Positions 1-13,900 of a DNA stretch of 64,000 bases are shown one piece after another. Under the pieces are notes generated by a model that saw only the letters and a list, made by a program, of their open reading frames with translations, did not search any database and was not told where the DNA came from. The first letter of the stretch is position 1. Each line of letters starts with the position of its first letter. Position numbers and translations under genes: made by a program. Source of the stretch: Anthoceros angustus. Its lineage: Eukaryota > Plantae > Anthocerotophyta. The DNA lies in assembly GCA_010909165.1 (NCBI GenBank), contig VJWM01000044.1, forward strand, positions 806,001 to 870,000. The letters run 5' to 3'.

Positions 1-118
1 CTCTCCATCCACACCTCGAGCGTAGAGCTCCCGGGTCAGGCCATCTGAAGTTGACGAGCACACAGACAGAGCCGTTGCGACTGCGACGGTAACCCGACGA
101 GTTTAGCAGGGGAATTGT

Positions 119-198
119 GAAATCCAGAAATCCTGAAATCCAGAAATCCAGAAATCCAGAAATCCAGAAATCCTGAAATCCTGAAATCCAGAAATCCA
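119..198. repeat. 8-bp tandem repeat (GAAATCCA/GAAATCCT)n, about 10 units
   Basis: Directly visible: gaaatccagaaatcctgaaatccagaaatcca... Confidence 0.9.
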
Positions 199-721
199 CA
201 ACACGGGGCTCAATTCCAGACCCCCGGCCGGCCCATTTGTGGTGCCTTTAAGTAGCCCGGATCGTCCCGGCGCTCGTCATTGCGGTTGGGGGTTGGGAAT
301 CATCTATGTGCCCAAAACTACGAGATCGAGCGAATCGTTCATTTTACATGGTGTATGAAATATGTGGTGCCTGTCCTGTTTTAAACTGCGATTTTATGTT
401 TGGGATTATTTTCTTAGGAAACGCCTCCGAAGAGTTCATAGAAGGCGCAAGATTTGTTGCAAGCTTTGAGCCTTACATCGGGAGCTATCTCGAAGGAAGT
501 GAAGTTATCATAGCAACTGGCCCAGTCGATCCAAGAAATTTGGCCCTACATATACTATTCTTGCTACAGATACTATTCTTGGAACTCTAGTTTAACATCA
601 AATCTGTTTTGGAGTATGACTCCATAAGGGTTTAGGGGTTTATTTACTATGCACCTCGGAATTATGCACCACTAGTGTATTTGCATGAAAGCTTAGAAAG
701 AACTAGCATCCCAACAAGCCA

Positions 722-901
722 GTTTCCTAAAGAGCACGCTTGTTTCCCAAGAGCGAGTCAAAGTTTCTCAAGAGGAGGCTGCTTTCCCAAAGAGCGCTTT
801 AGTTGAGCGAGACCCAAAAGCGCAAGACCTTTGTTAAGTTATATTAAGTTAAGTTTCCAAAGAGCGTACTCGTTTCCCAAAGAGTGTACTAATTTCCCAA
901 G
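722..901. repeat. Clustered short repeats of a TTTCCCAAAGAG-like motif
   Basis: At least 6 degenerate copies (gtttcctaaagagc, gtttcccaagagc, ctttcccaaagagc, gtttccaaagagc, gtttcccaaagagt). Confidence 0.6.
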
Positions 902-1110
902 GAGGTAATGGTGTGGCAAACAGGGTGTTGATTTGATTTGCTAGAGAACATGATGATTTCCGAAGAACGCGCTCTTGCAAAGGATGTGCTCATTCCGTGC
1001 ACAGCGCGCTGATAGGACATGTAAATAGTAAGATTATTTGTTTTATTTATAGTTGAGGAGACTCGCGTGCTTCTAAACTCACCCAAGGGAGTATTGCATC
1101 CAAATACTGG

Positions 1111-1950
1111 CACTACAAGAGAAAGACCCCTTTTTACAACACAATTTGCAACGTATTTTACAACTATTTTTCAATGAGGTGTTATAAAATCCTTTGCACT
1201 TAAACCACTTCATGGCGTTGTAAAATGCTGACATGGCGGATGACATGGCACTTAACCATTACCCGGCTAATCGGCTGCCAGGTCATGTACCCGACGGGTA
1301 CGGAATTTACAATGGCCTTTACAACCTTCGAGGTTTCCTATAGTTATTTCTCAATGATTTGCAACGGATTGTACGACGACTAGTACAACAAAATTTCCAA
1401 CACTTAAAGATGTCTTAGTGATTTACAATAGTCTTTGCAGTGTGAGTTACAACACGGCTTAGTGATTTACAACGTTCGTTTATAATATGATTTACTACGA
1501 TTTTACAACAGCTTGAACAACACAAACTACAACCTTAATTGAAAAACGTATTTACAACACAACTTACAACATGCATCAAAATTAGTGCAATGCCTATTAC
1601 AACACGTATTGCAACATAAGTTACAACATGAATTCCAATTCGTGCAATGTAAATTACAACACTTATTACAACAGGTTGAGACGTCTCAAACATTTACAAA
1701 AACTAATGCAACGTAAATTACAACACATATTACAATTTATGTTTTAAAATTGTATCTAGAATATATAAACAACGTTGTATTTTGTAATTTGCAATCCTAT
1801 TGTAACTTACATAGGTGGGGGATTTTATTGAGGTGAACAAACGATCCTATTGTAACTTACATTGCACTCTTATTGTAGTTTACGTTGCAATTTTAAAACA
1901 TAAGTTGTAATACCTATTGTAATTTACGTTGCACTCCTATTGTAGTCGGT
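1111..1950 (+). mobile_element. CACTA/EnSpm-like DNA transposon terminus with subterminal repeats (partner end not found)
   Basis: Starts CACTACAAGAGAAA at 1111. Followed by many TTACAAC(AC) repeats, then inverted TTGTAA/GTTGCAA repeats at 1750-1950. Confidence 0.6.
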
Positions 1951-2261
1951 AAGGCGGGGAGGGGAGGGGAGGGGGCAAGTGTTATTCGAAATGACAAGAC
2001 TCGAATAAGAAGCCCTGGGTAACTTCGTGCCTACAATAATGTTCATGTAACACTCGTGGCTAATTCCAACGAATAGTGATGCTGAATTTGACACACAAGA
2101 CCGCCTTCCCCGATGTGGCTCTTATGTATGGATCACATAACTGCACAAATAGACTGCACAACTCATGTAAAACGAAAGGTATACTAATTGATTCAAATTG
2201 CAGGTAAGAGGAGGCCGACAATAGGGTGTAGAGCCAAAAGAAGCACTTGAAAGATCCTCTC

Positions 2262-2520
2262 TGAAGGATCGTGGGGCAGCCATGCTGGTGGAAGGAGGAG
2301 AGGAGAGGAGGAGGCAAGAGTAGCTCTCTCTCTTTGAGATGAGGCTTGGAGGGTATTTATACCCTCCAATAGGGCTCCCTAGGAAGCTCCACAAGTAGCT
2401 CCTAGGAAGGAGCACAAGAAGCTTCCTAGTGATTAGCTTACAAAACTAATGATACTTAATCGACACCTAACTTAGACTAAGTGTATTAGTCTAAGTACAT
2501 TGGGCTTTAATACCCTTACA
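2262..2520 (-). repeat. Copia 3' LTR
   Basis: tgaaggatcgtgg...tacccttaca, near-identical to 8529-8783. Adjacent PPT (rc AGTGGGAGGT) at 2521-2530. Confidence 0.93.
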
Positions 2521-2562
2521 ACCTCCCACTTAAAGGCCAATTTACCTTCAGAGGAGAATGGA

Positions 2563-5500
2563 CTATCTCATGCCCATCGCCCATCGGAGCTTGTGCAAAT
2601 TGTCGTAGAGAGTCCCTTGGTAAGAATATCCGCAGGGGTTCTCGTGTGAACCTTGACAAGTTGTACCTCTTGTCGTCCAACACCTCTCGAATGAAGTGAT
2701 ACTCACATCCACATGTTTAGTCTTCGCATGAAACATCGGATTCTTTGCCAATTGATAGCACTGCTATCACAATGCAACACCGGCTCAACCTTGATCCCCA
2801 AGTCTCCCACTAAACGAGCAAGCCATATGGCTTCCTTGCAAGCCTCGATTCTTTGCAACATACTCGGCCTCGTGGTAGATAGCGAATGCACGATCGCAAA
2901 CGAGATCGCCATGAGATCGCCTCCAAAGGCACGTGAAGACATAACTCGATGTGGACCTCCTTTGTCCATATCCTCGTGATAATCAGATCTGTACCCAACC
3001 ACATGCATCTTCACTACCAAAACATATGCACAAAGCTTTTGTACCATTCATACCTCATAACTCCTTTTATCGCCTCCCAATGCTTCTTGCCGTGGTTTGA
3101 CATAAACTCGCTAACCACTCCCACCGCAAAGGCAATGTCGACGTAGCAATCATTGCATACATCAAACTCCCTACAAATGATGAGTATGGGACCTTCTCCA
3201 TTTCACTTTGTCCTCCTCGTAGCTTGGGCAATCCGCGCTTGAAAGTTTCACATATGGAGGCAATGGAGTACCCAATGGCTTCCCTTCTCCATGTTGAAAC
3301 GTTGAAGCACCTGTTAATGTATTCCGTCGAGACAAATAAAGCGACGCTTATGTCTGCTCCGATAATACGCATGCCAAGTATATGGCTCGCCTCCCAAGTC
3401 CGCTATTTCAAAGTGAGCATTCAACTTTGACTTCAACAAATCTCATCAAGACTGCTCCCAAAGAATTAGCATATCATCCACATAGAGGATCAAAATGAGC
3501 AAGCTTTGATCCTTAGCTTGCTTCAGATAGAGGCAATGATCCTCATCGCCACGCTTGTAGCCTTGAGAAAGCATAAATGAGTGGAACTTGTGATACCACT
3601 CGGTGCCTTTCAAACCATAAAGGCTCTTCCTCAACCCGCACACCGATGCTCTTTGCCCTTCTCAACAAAACCTTCCGTCGCATGTAGACGCCCTTGAAGG
3701 TCACCATGCAAGAATGCCGCCTTGACATCCATCCGCATAAGTTCCATATCATCCTCGCAACCAAAGCAAGAACACATCGCAAAGTTGTCATTTTGACTAT
3801 CGTGAGAAAATCTCATCAAAGTCAATGCCTGGTTGTTGCTTGAAACCCTTAGCAACCAATGGCCTTGTACTTTGGTTTGCCATCAAGCGGTATGACCTTC
3901 ATCTTGTACACCATTTGCAGTAGTGCCTTCTTATCCTTAGGCAACCAACCAACTCCCAAGTTTGGTTCTTATGCATAATTCATTTCGATCGCATGGCCTT
4001 CTCCCACTTGTCTTTGTTACTCGCTGACAGAGCCTCTTTGTAAGAAGAGGGTTCCCACAACTGTCAAAGATAACATAATCCGAGATGGATCATACCGCCG
4101 TGAGGTCGTGTAATCCCGCCTCGACCCAGCATGTGCACCTCTATAGGAGCTTGTTCGACTCTTGGTTCATCTATCGGTGGAGGAATGTGCTCACACATTA
4201 CCACGGTTTCAACCCGCCCATGATGATCATGTCCATCTTCTTGGAAGATCACCCTTCGCACCTCCACGCTTGGAGTAGGCTTCCGTGCATCTTGTTCTCA
4301 TTGAAGAACACGCCGTTAGTACGAACAACCTTTCTAGCCTCGATCCCACAAACGGTATCCCATCTCACCAGTAATCACCATAGCCAAGAAAAATACATTT
4401 CTTGGACTTAGGTGCCAACTTGTCCCAAACTCTTTTGGAACATGGCAAGATGCCTCACACCAAACACTCGCAGATGCTTGTAGGATGGTTTCTTTCCACT
4501 ATAGCTCCTCCGAACTCGCCATCAACAAATTTTATTAGGAGATCTGTTAATAAGATGAACTGCAGAGACACCGCTCGCCCAAAACCCATTAGGCAATCCG
4601 TAGTTTGACAACAACCACGATCCTCTCCTCGAATGGTTCTGCTCATCCGCCACCACACCATTTTGTGGAGGAGATACGCACACTCTTTTGATTCCCTTGG
4701 AATCACGTAATGACCGAAAGCTAAACATACTTCCACCATTATCTCGCCCTTAGACACTTCAATCGGCGATCGATTCTCTACAAGGGTGACAAATTTCAAA
4801 CACCGTGTAACTTCATCCTTTTTCCTCAAAGGATAAAACCCACACCTTGCGTGAGAAAATCATCTATGAAAGTGACAAAATAAGAGGCACCGCCTAATGA
4901 TGAGAGGCATAGGTCCACATACATCGTGAACCAACTCAAGAGGTTTACTTACTTTTACCTCGTGTTCGATGTGATGATTTTGTCTGCTTCCCATATAAAC
5001 AAAGGCTCACACATCGAGAGATCGAGAAGTTAAGAACAGGATATAACCGTAATCTAGATAAAACCTTCATTCCCTTCTCGAGACATATGTCCTAACCGCA
5101 ATGCCACAAGGAAACATTTGGCTCGTCACCACGATCACATGATCTTTGGATGTTTACAAGTGAGTACAAAGTGCCACACTTCGATCCACGAGCTAACACA
5201 AGAGAACCTTTGAGATCTTCCAAGAGTGATCCCCAAACCAAGAAGGTAACCAAAGATCATCCAACCGTCTCGCGCTAATCATGCTCTTTGTCAACTTCGA
5301 ACATGCCTAACGCCCTTCAAAGATGAATGAAGATCCGTTGTCAAACTTGAGTTGCACATCACCCACGCCCGCGATCCGCATGCATAGTTATTTCCAAGCC
5401 TAACGATCCTTTCCTTGTAGCATCATACGTGTTAAACCACTCTATGCGAGTAACATGGAAAGATGCACCAGTCAATTATCCAATTGCGTAATAAATGACT

Positions 5501-7500
5501 ATCCACGGTAATTGTGCAAGATTCAAGTAAGAAGAGATAAGGACATCTCCGTCCTCAACAGTAGTTTAACTCTTCCAACTCGATGCAAGTCGCCTTCTTG
5601 TCCCGAAACTCTTTTGGAACATGGCAAGATGCCTCACACCAAACACTGATGCTTGTAGGATGGTTTCTTTCCGCACTATAGCTCGAACTCGCCATCAACA
5701 AATTTTATTAGGAGATCATTAATAAGATGAACTGCAGAGACACCGCTCGCCCAAAACCCATTAGGCAATCCGAGTTTGACAACAAACTACGATCCTCTCC
5801 TCGAATGGTTCTGCTCATCCGCCACCACACCATTTTGTGGAGGAGTATCTGGTGATCAATTCTCTTTTGATTCCTTGGAATCACGTAATGACCGAAAGCT
5901 AAACATACTCGCCACCATTATCCGCCCTTAGACACTTCAATCGGCGCCGATGATTCTCTAAGGGTGACAAATTTCAAACACCGAACTTCATCCTTTTTCC
6001 TCAAAGGATAAAACCCACACCTTGCGTGAGAAATCATCTATGAAAGTGACAAAATAAGAGGCACCGCCTAATGATGTAAGAGCATAGGTCCACATACATC
6101 ACGTGAACCAACTCAAGAGGTTTACTTCTACTTTTACTTTCGATGTGATGATTTTGTCTGCTTCCCATATAAACAAAGGCTCACACATCGAGAGATCGAG
6201 AAGTTAAGGATATAACCGTAACGAGATAAAACCTTCATTCCCTTCTCGAGACATATGTCCTAACCGCAATGCCACAAGGAAACATTTGGTCGCCTGTCAC
6301 ATGATCACATGATCTTTGGATGTTTACAAGTGAGTACAAAGTGCCACACTCGATCCACGAGCTAACACAAGAGAACCTTTGGAGATCTTCCAAGAGTGAT
6401 CCCCAAACCAAGAAGTGGTAACCATCATCCAACCGTCTCGCGCTAATCATGCTCTTTGTCAACTTGAACATGCCTAACGCCCTTCAAAGATGAATGAAGA
6501 TCCGTTGTCAAACTTGAGTTGCACATCACCCACGCCCGCGATCCGCATGCATAGTTATTTCCAAGCCTAACGATCCTTTCCTTGTAGCATCATACGTTAA
6601 ACCACTCTATGCGGAGTAACATGGAAAGATGCACCGAGTCAATTATCCAATTGCGTAATAAATGACTATCCACTACAGCATGCAAGATTCAAGTAAGAAG
6701 AGATAAGGACATCTCCGTCCTCAACGTAGTTTAACTCTTCCAACTCGATGATTTAAGTCGCTTCTTGTCGTCCGCTTCTTTTCCTTGGTCCTTTTGAACT
6801 TCTCGCACTCTTTTGAAGTGACCCTTTGTGACAATAGTGACACTCCACATTCTTGTTACGACTACGAGATTTGCTACGAGAGAAGCTTGTCCGGTTGCTT
6901 CCCTTCGCAGCGGACCTCCCTCTCACTATGAGGGCACCGGAACCTTTGAAGGTTCCATGTTTTTCCTGCTCACCTCCTCGCCAATGTGCTACCTTCTACA
7001 TTTACAATGGTAAGACCACTAGCAGTGCGTAATTACTCAGCATTTAAAGGTGTCCCAACTCTCCGTAATGTGACCAATGTAAACATAGCTCTCACTAACT
7101 GGGAACGTGATACCTTGAGATGAGAGTCGGTCTGAAAATGGTATTGAAATCATTCGGATGATCGGACATCCTCGTCCCTTCCTTCATCTTCAAGTCCACC
7201 ACCGTTTCAACCAATACACCGAGAAGCCGCACTTTGCTTCTCATACAGTCACACACCTTCCGCCACATCAGAACTCGTGGTCTTATCTTTCACATTGAAG
7301 TACACTGCTTTTGACAATGTTAGCATGATAGTAGATCTAGCAAGCTCATCCAGTCCCGCCACTCATCCCGTCATACTATCCGGTTTGACGCCTAACAACT
7401 TTATGGGCTTGATCCGCTTTTTCGCACTAGAACATTATACACTTGTTCTTTCCGTAACGGAAGTTAGTACCATCTAACTTCTCGATATTGAACATGACGC
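2563..7500 (-). pseudogene. Copia gag-pol, fragmented (gag, protease, GAG-pre-integrase, integrase, RT, RNase H)
   Basis: ORF fragments 4522-4728 (PPQNGVV, integrase), 3631-3855 and 3446-3643 (RT), 2563-3047 (RNase H). Protease-like IIDSGASFH at about 6620-6650. Confidence 0.88.
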
Positions 7501-8514
7501 TCGACGATGAAGACATCATGACTCAAAAATCGATACAGATTAAACACTCAACTCGCCTTGTTAGAAAAGTCAAAGAAGAAAAATACCACCGCGGCTCGTG
7601 TATTTTGCCGCTGAGTATTCCACCGAGTATTCCGAATATCATTGTCGACTGCCTTCTTTCGACCGGAACTGCCGCCGCCGCGCCGCCGCCGCGCTGGCGC
7701 CGCGGCCGCCAGCGGCCGCCGCGCCGCCGCCCGCGCGGCCGCACGCCGCGCGCCCGCCCGCGCCCGCCCGCGCCGCGGCCGGCCGCGCTGCGCCGCGGCT
7801 CGGCTGCGCCGCGGCCGCGCTGGCGCCGCGCCGCGGCTGCGCGCCGCTGCCGCGCCGCGCGCTGCTGCCGCGCTCGCGCGCGGCTGCTGCGGCGCTGCCG
7901 CGGCGCTGCCGCGCGCGCCAGCGCCGCGGCTCGCCGCGCTGGCGCCGCGCTGCGCCGCGGCTGGCGCCGCGCCACAAGGCTGCGCTCGCGGCGCCCGCGC
8001 CGCGGCCGCGCTGCGCCGCGGCTGCCGCGGCGCGCGCTGGCCGCGCGCCGCGGCCGCGCCGCGGCTCGCCGCGCCGGCGGCCGCGCGCGGCCTCGCCGCG
8101 CTCGCCGCCCGCGCTGGTCACGCTGCGCTGCCCGCCCGCCGCGCCGCCGCGCGCCGCCGCGCGCTCGCCGCGATCCGGATCACCGCACAGGCCGCCAGCC
8201 GCCCGGCCCGCCGGCGGCTCGCGCCTGCGCGCTCGCGCGCCAGCGCTGCGCGCCAGCGCGCCGCGGCGCGCGCGCCCGTGGCTCCGGCGCTGGCGCGCGC
8301 GGCCCGCCCGCGGCCGCGCTGCGCGCCAGCGGCCGCCGCGCGCGCCGCGGCCTCGCCGCCCGCGCCGGCCGCGCCGGTCACGGCCTTGCCTCGCTCACGG
8401 CCTCGTCCCGCTCGCGGCCTGCTGCGGCGTTCGCAGCCCTCGCCGCGATCTGGATCACCTGCAATTCCACAGCTGCCCTAGAAAATTCTAGCATCACAAC
8501 ACAACCAAACCAAG

Positions 8515-8526
8515 GCTCTGATACCA
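8515..8526 (-). other. Primer-binding site (tRNA-iMet)
   Basis: rc = TGGTATCAGAGC, 2 nt from the LTR. Confidence 0.92.
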
Positions 8527-8528
8527 GT

Positions 8529-8783
8529 TGAAGGATCGTGGGCACGGCGTCGGTGGAAGGAGGAGAGGAGAGGAGGAGGCAAGAGTAGCTCTCTCTCTTG
8601 AGATGAGGCTTGGAGGGTATTTATACCTCCAATAGGCTCCTAGGAAGCTCCACAAGAAGCTCCTAGGAAGGAGCACAAGAAGCTTCCTAGTGATTAGCTT
8701 TTGCTAAACTAATGATACTTAACTGACACCTAACTTAGACTAAGTGTATTAGTCTAAGTACATTGGGCTTTAATACCCTTACA
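8529..8783 (-). repeat. Copia 5' LTR
   Basis: Same LTR sequence, followed by TSD CTCTC. Confidence 0.93.
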
Positions 8784-9199
8784 CTCTCCACAAACAGGTC
8801 ACTTAGAACCACTCTACCCAGAGGAGTCATTCAGTAGCCGCACTCCAGCAAGACCTCAATCCTGCAGACACCCCAGCATCCATAGCAGCACCTGCTTCTG
8901 CGCCGTAAAATGAGCTGACTTTGTCTTTGTCCCCGCCACTTCCTCGCCTCCGATCATTTTCGCCACCACCTCGCCTACGAACACACCTGCTAGTGTGCGG
9001 GGAGCACAACTCCAACAGCCGAGACGCCAACTTCACCGACACGGACGGCGCCAACTTCTTCTTTGCTTCTCCTCCCCTCGTCCTCTCTTCGCCCCTCTTG
9101 AATTACTCTCTCCTCTCCTTTCGTCCTCTCTCTTAGCCTAGTTTTCTTTTCTTTTCTTATATCGCTTTCACTAGCTTTTACCAGGACATTTCCTAAATC

Positions 9200-10200
9200 A
9201 CCCTAGGAAAAGCCCAATATAGACTGGGTCTGTCCCCACCGCTAGGGGCGCATCGGTTTCCCCATGTATGAGACCATGAGACGCGAGACCTTCCTTCCTT
9301 CCCCTTAATGCTTGGTCCCGTGGAGAAGAATATGCCATCAATACACACGTAGACCATACACTCAAGCCCCCATGTTTGTCTTTCGGAAAGTTATGGCAGC
9401 TTTTAGCAAAGCAGGCAAATGCCCATTGCAATAGGGAGGTGGTACGTGCCCATTGTCCAATAACTAGTCAAGGGCAGCACCAATTTTCACCATCACGTCC
9501 TTAGATGGAACTGAAGCGGGATGACCTGCACAATCCCGATCTTAAGTAGCAGCTCTGAACTCATTTAGACAAATAAGCATATCATCTGGATTAGGGAACA
9601 CATCAATTCCCAACATGCAGCCAATATCGAAATGAGATGCTACTTTTCTCAAACACGCTTTCACATCCTCCATGACAACCTGGCCCTGATTGGGTTTTGG
9701 AGCCTGCTCCGTTTGCTAGTTGGAGTACCCAACGAAATGCATAGATCTGTCCTTTTTTTTATGTGAAGGCTCGAAATACAATGCTCCAACTTCATCAAAA
9801 GGCACAATATTCATAACCGCCTTGGCTTGCTTGTCATAAGCATCAAGCAGTACCTTGCATGTGTCATGTGCCCCGAGAATTAGACTTGTCCCCAGCACTA
9901 TGTTGTTCCAAGTCACAAGAGCCTCGGTTATAGCCCGGTTACCAGAAATATCATTTTGATTGTTAGTGATCTACAACCGATTCTCATTAATCTGCTTTTT
10001 CATGCTTCTACAACCTCGCAAGGAGGGTCTAAATATGTTCATTTGCAAGCTGTTGCTTGCTTCCCATAGCAGCAACCTTACTTTCGGAAGAATAAATTTG
10101 TTCGGAGCTCCTGCACCTCATATTTCAGGACGCTTCAGCCAACTTCGCCTTCTCTTCCACCTGGATCTTTATTATTAAAGAAAACCATATGACACCTTCC
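9200..10200 (-). pseudogene. Degenerate ORF of unknown family, probably TE-derived
   Basis: Long protein-like minus-strand frame broken by a few stops (ORFs 9198-9431 and 9716-9916). No recognisable motif. Confidence 0.25.
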
Positions 10201-10950
10201 AGGGGAAGCAACCTCTTCCAATCGTTTCCTCTTCATAGAGTAAGGAGAAGAAAAAACAGGGTTTTCGCCCAACAGGCGGATTCCTGGAAGCCCGTCCGGT
10301 GCCATACACTTCATAAATGGGAAAAACCCCTAGCATCTTCTAATAATGTAATCTAAAGAATTTAGTACATGAAACTTTTCCACAAATTTTCTTCTATAAC
10401 AACATCATGATGGATTATGTAATATTGAGATGATTCCAACACATAATTATGGGTAATAAGTGTAAACTTTAGTTGTGTAACTAAAGTTAGGTACTAGGTT
10501 AAGAAGCCACAATGGGTCATCTTTGTACATGTACTTGATTATAGCCACAAGGTGCTACTTAGAAATAGCCAAATATTTAGCTTAATACTCAGCAAGCAAA
10601 CACTATTGAAGTTTTATCAAATCTGACATAAATAGGTGGCTAGAATATATTTCCTTGAAGTTATTTTGCGTCAGGATGGCCACCTAGGTATTTTGATGCA
10701 TTGGGAATCATTATATTAGGATTTTTGTGACTTATATTTGTTTTCATCATAGAGGATAAATGGGTCAAACGTAGGATGCATTAATGACCTCTACAAAAGT
10801 GCAGTGCTTATGAAAGACTACAATTATATTTGTGACCAAGTGATTCAAATATGGCAACTAGACTAAGGTGATTTTCACAATTTTCACTGTAATTAATGAA
10901 GTCAATAAGATGGATTAGCTTTTGATAAGTGTTCACAAATTTGAGTGCAG

Positions 10951-13900
10951 AGACATGATCCATTCCATTCGTGCATGCAAAACTGCTTCTGAAGAGAGGG
11001 CTTGTGTGGCTAAGGAATGTGCATTGCTAAGAACTGCATTTAAATCAAGCGATGACGAATACAAACATACCAATTTAGCCAAGTTGATGTTCATACACAT
11101 TCTAGGTTATCCTACTCATTTTGGGCAGATGGAATGTGTGAAGTTGATAGCAACTACTGGTTTTCCACAAAAACGAATAGGATATCTTGGTTTGATGGTG
11201 CTTCTTGATGAGAGACAAGAAGTTTTAATGCTAGTCACAAATTCTGTTAAAAAGTATCCTTTTCTTAGGGTTGAGATCTTACCAAGTTTACAATGATAAC
11301 TTGCAATTTGAGAAGCTATCTTAACCAATGAATAGCGACTTGCAACATTCAAATCAATATATTGTTGGACTAGCATTGTGTGCACTTGGTAATATTTGTA
11401 CAGCAGAGATGGCTCGTGATTTAGCTCCCGAAGTAGAAAAGCTATTCCATCATTCTTATTCATATATTAAAAAAAAGGTGAGATTTTATGCCCTATTTTT
11501 TTCCATTTGTTGAGCATTTTCTACTAGAGAAGCTTGTTCCTATAATTGAGACTTTTGTTATTATAAAAATTTCTTGCTATAATTTGGATATTATTTGGAT
11601 TGCAGGCTGCCATATGCTCAATTCGAATTATTCGAAAAGTACCAGACCTCATTGAATATTTTATAACTCCAGTTGTATCTTTGTTGGCAGACAAACACCA
11701 TGGGGTTCTTATTTCTGGTGTTCGGCTAATGATTGAACTATGTCAATCAAATCCTCCGGCCCTTGAACATTTTAGGAAGGTATTTACAAGAATATGTTTA
11801 GGATTCAAGTTGGCTTGATTATTGAGCATTAGTTCATTACACTTTGGTTTACTACTAATAATTTGTATTTTTTTACTCCTTATTTTGTATTTTGTTGTGT
11901 CTTTTTATTGCTTATGAAGGGCGCAAAGTAGGTCCAACATCTTATATTTGGAAGAAATTTAGATGGAAGTGAGAATGCTATTGCAAGCACATATATTGAG
12001 GTATTGTTATGCCTTCCAGCAAACTTCTACTGTCGTTCGCATCCTCAAGAATTTGGTGATAAGTGGATATGCTCCAGAGTACGATGTAGGTGGTATTACC
12101 GATCCATTCTTACAGATCAGGATTTTGAGATTGCTTCGTCTTTTAGGAAAAGGAGATGCAGATTCAAGTGATGACATGAGTGACATTTTAGCTCAGGTAC
12201 ACAAAATTATATTAACGGTATATTAAAATTTCTATTTAGTTGACAAGCAGAATCATGTTCTCTTAGTAACATCTCCTTTCCATTCTGACGTTAGGTGGCC
12301 ACCAATACAAACTCGAGTAAAAATGCTGGCAATGCAATACTTTATGAGTGTGTCCAAACAATCATGGGCATAGAAGCTATTGCTGGTTTAAGAGTCCTTG
12401 CTATTAATATAATGGGAAAATTTCTATCAAGTCAAGATAATAATATAAGGTAAAAGGAAACATATTATTCTAAAATAAATTATTTGAAATAATTTTATAT
12501 TTATTTTGAAATATTTATAAAATTCTTCTCAAGTCTATGCTAAAAGCTCATTAGTATGCAACATTTATCGATAACAGATTTGTAGCACTTAAGACTCTAA
12601 TAGCAGTAGTAACTGTGGATACTCAAGCAGTCCAGCGACATCGGAATATAGTAATTGAATGCGTAAAGGTAGTTCTATCTTTGTTGTAACGATTCTACTT
12701 AATCAGTTTTTATTGTGCAAATCTTAGCACACTTGATTGTTGGTGCTCATGCAGGATTCTGATATCTCCATCCGAAAAAGAGCACTAGAATTGGTGTATT
12801 CTCTCGTTAACGAGAGCAATATCATGATACTGACGGAAGAACTTCTAAATTATCTTGAAGTTAGCGACATGGAATTTAAAGCTGATTTGACTAGCAAGAT
12901 TTCTTCACTTATTCAAAAGTATTACATTCATTATAAAAATATTACCATCCATAAATATTTTTTATTGAAAAATAAGAATTACATTAGATATTAATGCCTA
13001 GATGAACTTTATGAACATTGAAGATGACAATTCCTTCTTTTTTTTTATGTTGCAGATTCGCTCCGACTAAACTATGGCATGTTGATCACATGATAAAATT
13101 ATTAATTCAAGTATGCAATTTGATCAGTGGATTCGTAAATGGTGAATTATTTTTCTTAGTCGTATATTTAATAATTAATTAAAACTTTCCGTCCAGGCTG
13201 GTAAGTATCTAGGCGATGAAGTTGTTAGATCATTAATTGTTTTAATAAGTAATGCACCCGATCTGCAAGGATATACAGTTCGAACCTTCTATTGCGCCTT
13301 ACAGCATTGGGATGGGCAGGTGCTCGATATGTTTCTTTGATTCCAATACAATGCTCTAACTGAATTTTGATTTAAAGTGTTTAACTTTCCTGTAAATGTC
13401 TAGGATTTGGTATCATTGTTCTTTACTTATATATTTCTTCTTAATCAGGAAACTCTTGCAAATATAGCATTGTGGTGTATTGGGGAAAATGGTGAGATGC
13501 TTATTGATCAATCCAACAAGTTACCCAATGAAGACCCAATTACAGTTACTTAATTCTATTATAAAATAAAAAACTTTTTAGTGATGTTTTTACTCATTTC
13601 TTGCATAGGAAAAGCATTAAAGGTTTTAAGATCAATGACATGACTATATGATTGATGTAAGTCCTATAATAACTAGGAATGATGGTCTAAAGTTTTTATG
13701 TAAAGGTAACTGAAGCTGAAGTTTTGAACACAATAGAAGCTATTATCAAAGACGTTCGAGCTACTTCCATTGTATCTGCTTATGGAATAGTAGCACTTTT
13801 GAAACTATCATCACGTTTTTCATCAAATCCCAAGTTTTGTTCTTGACCGATTCTTAATTAGCCAAAAAGCTATTACTTTATTTTTATTTTTTAAATAAAA

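Larger units (their letters stand above)
2262..8783 (-). mobile_element. Ty1/Copia LTR retrotransposon, full-length outline, frameshifted, with an internal ~1.18-kb tandem duplication
   Basis: TG...CA LTRs at 2262-2520 and 8529-8783. TSD CTCTC at 2257-2261 and 8784-8788. tRNA-Met PBS and PPT present. RT motifs DVKAAFLHGDL, RKSLYGLK and LYVDDML; RNase H EAIWL and HAKTKHVDV. Confidence 0.95.

Noticed and set aside
7488-8531. Long Arg/Ala/Pro-rich ORFs on both strands
   Set aside because: By-product of the extreme-GC tract lacking stop codons; no domain signal.
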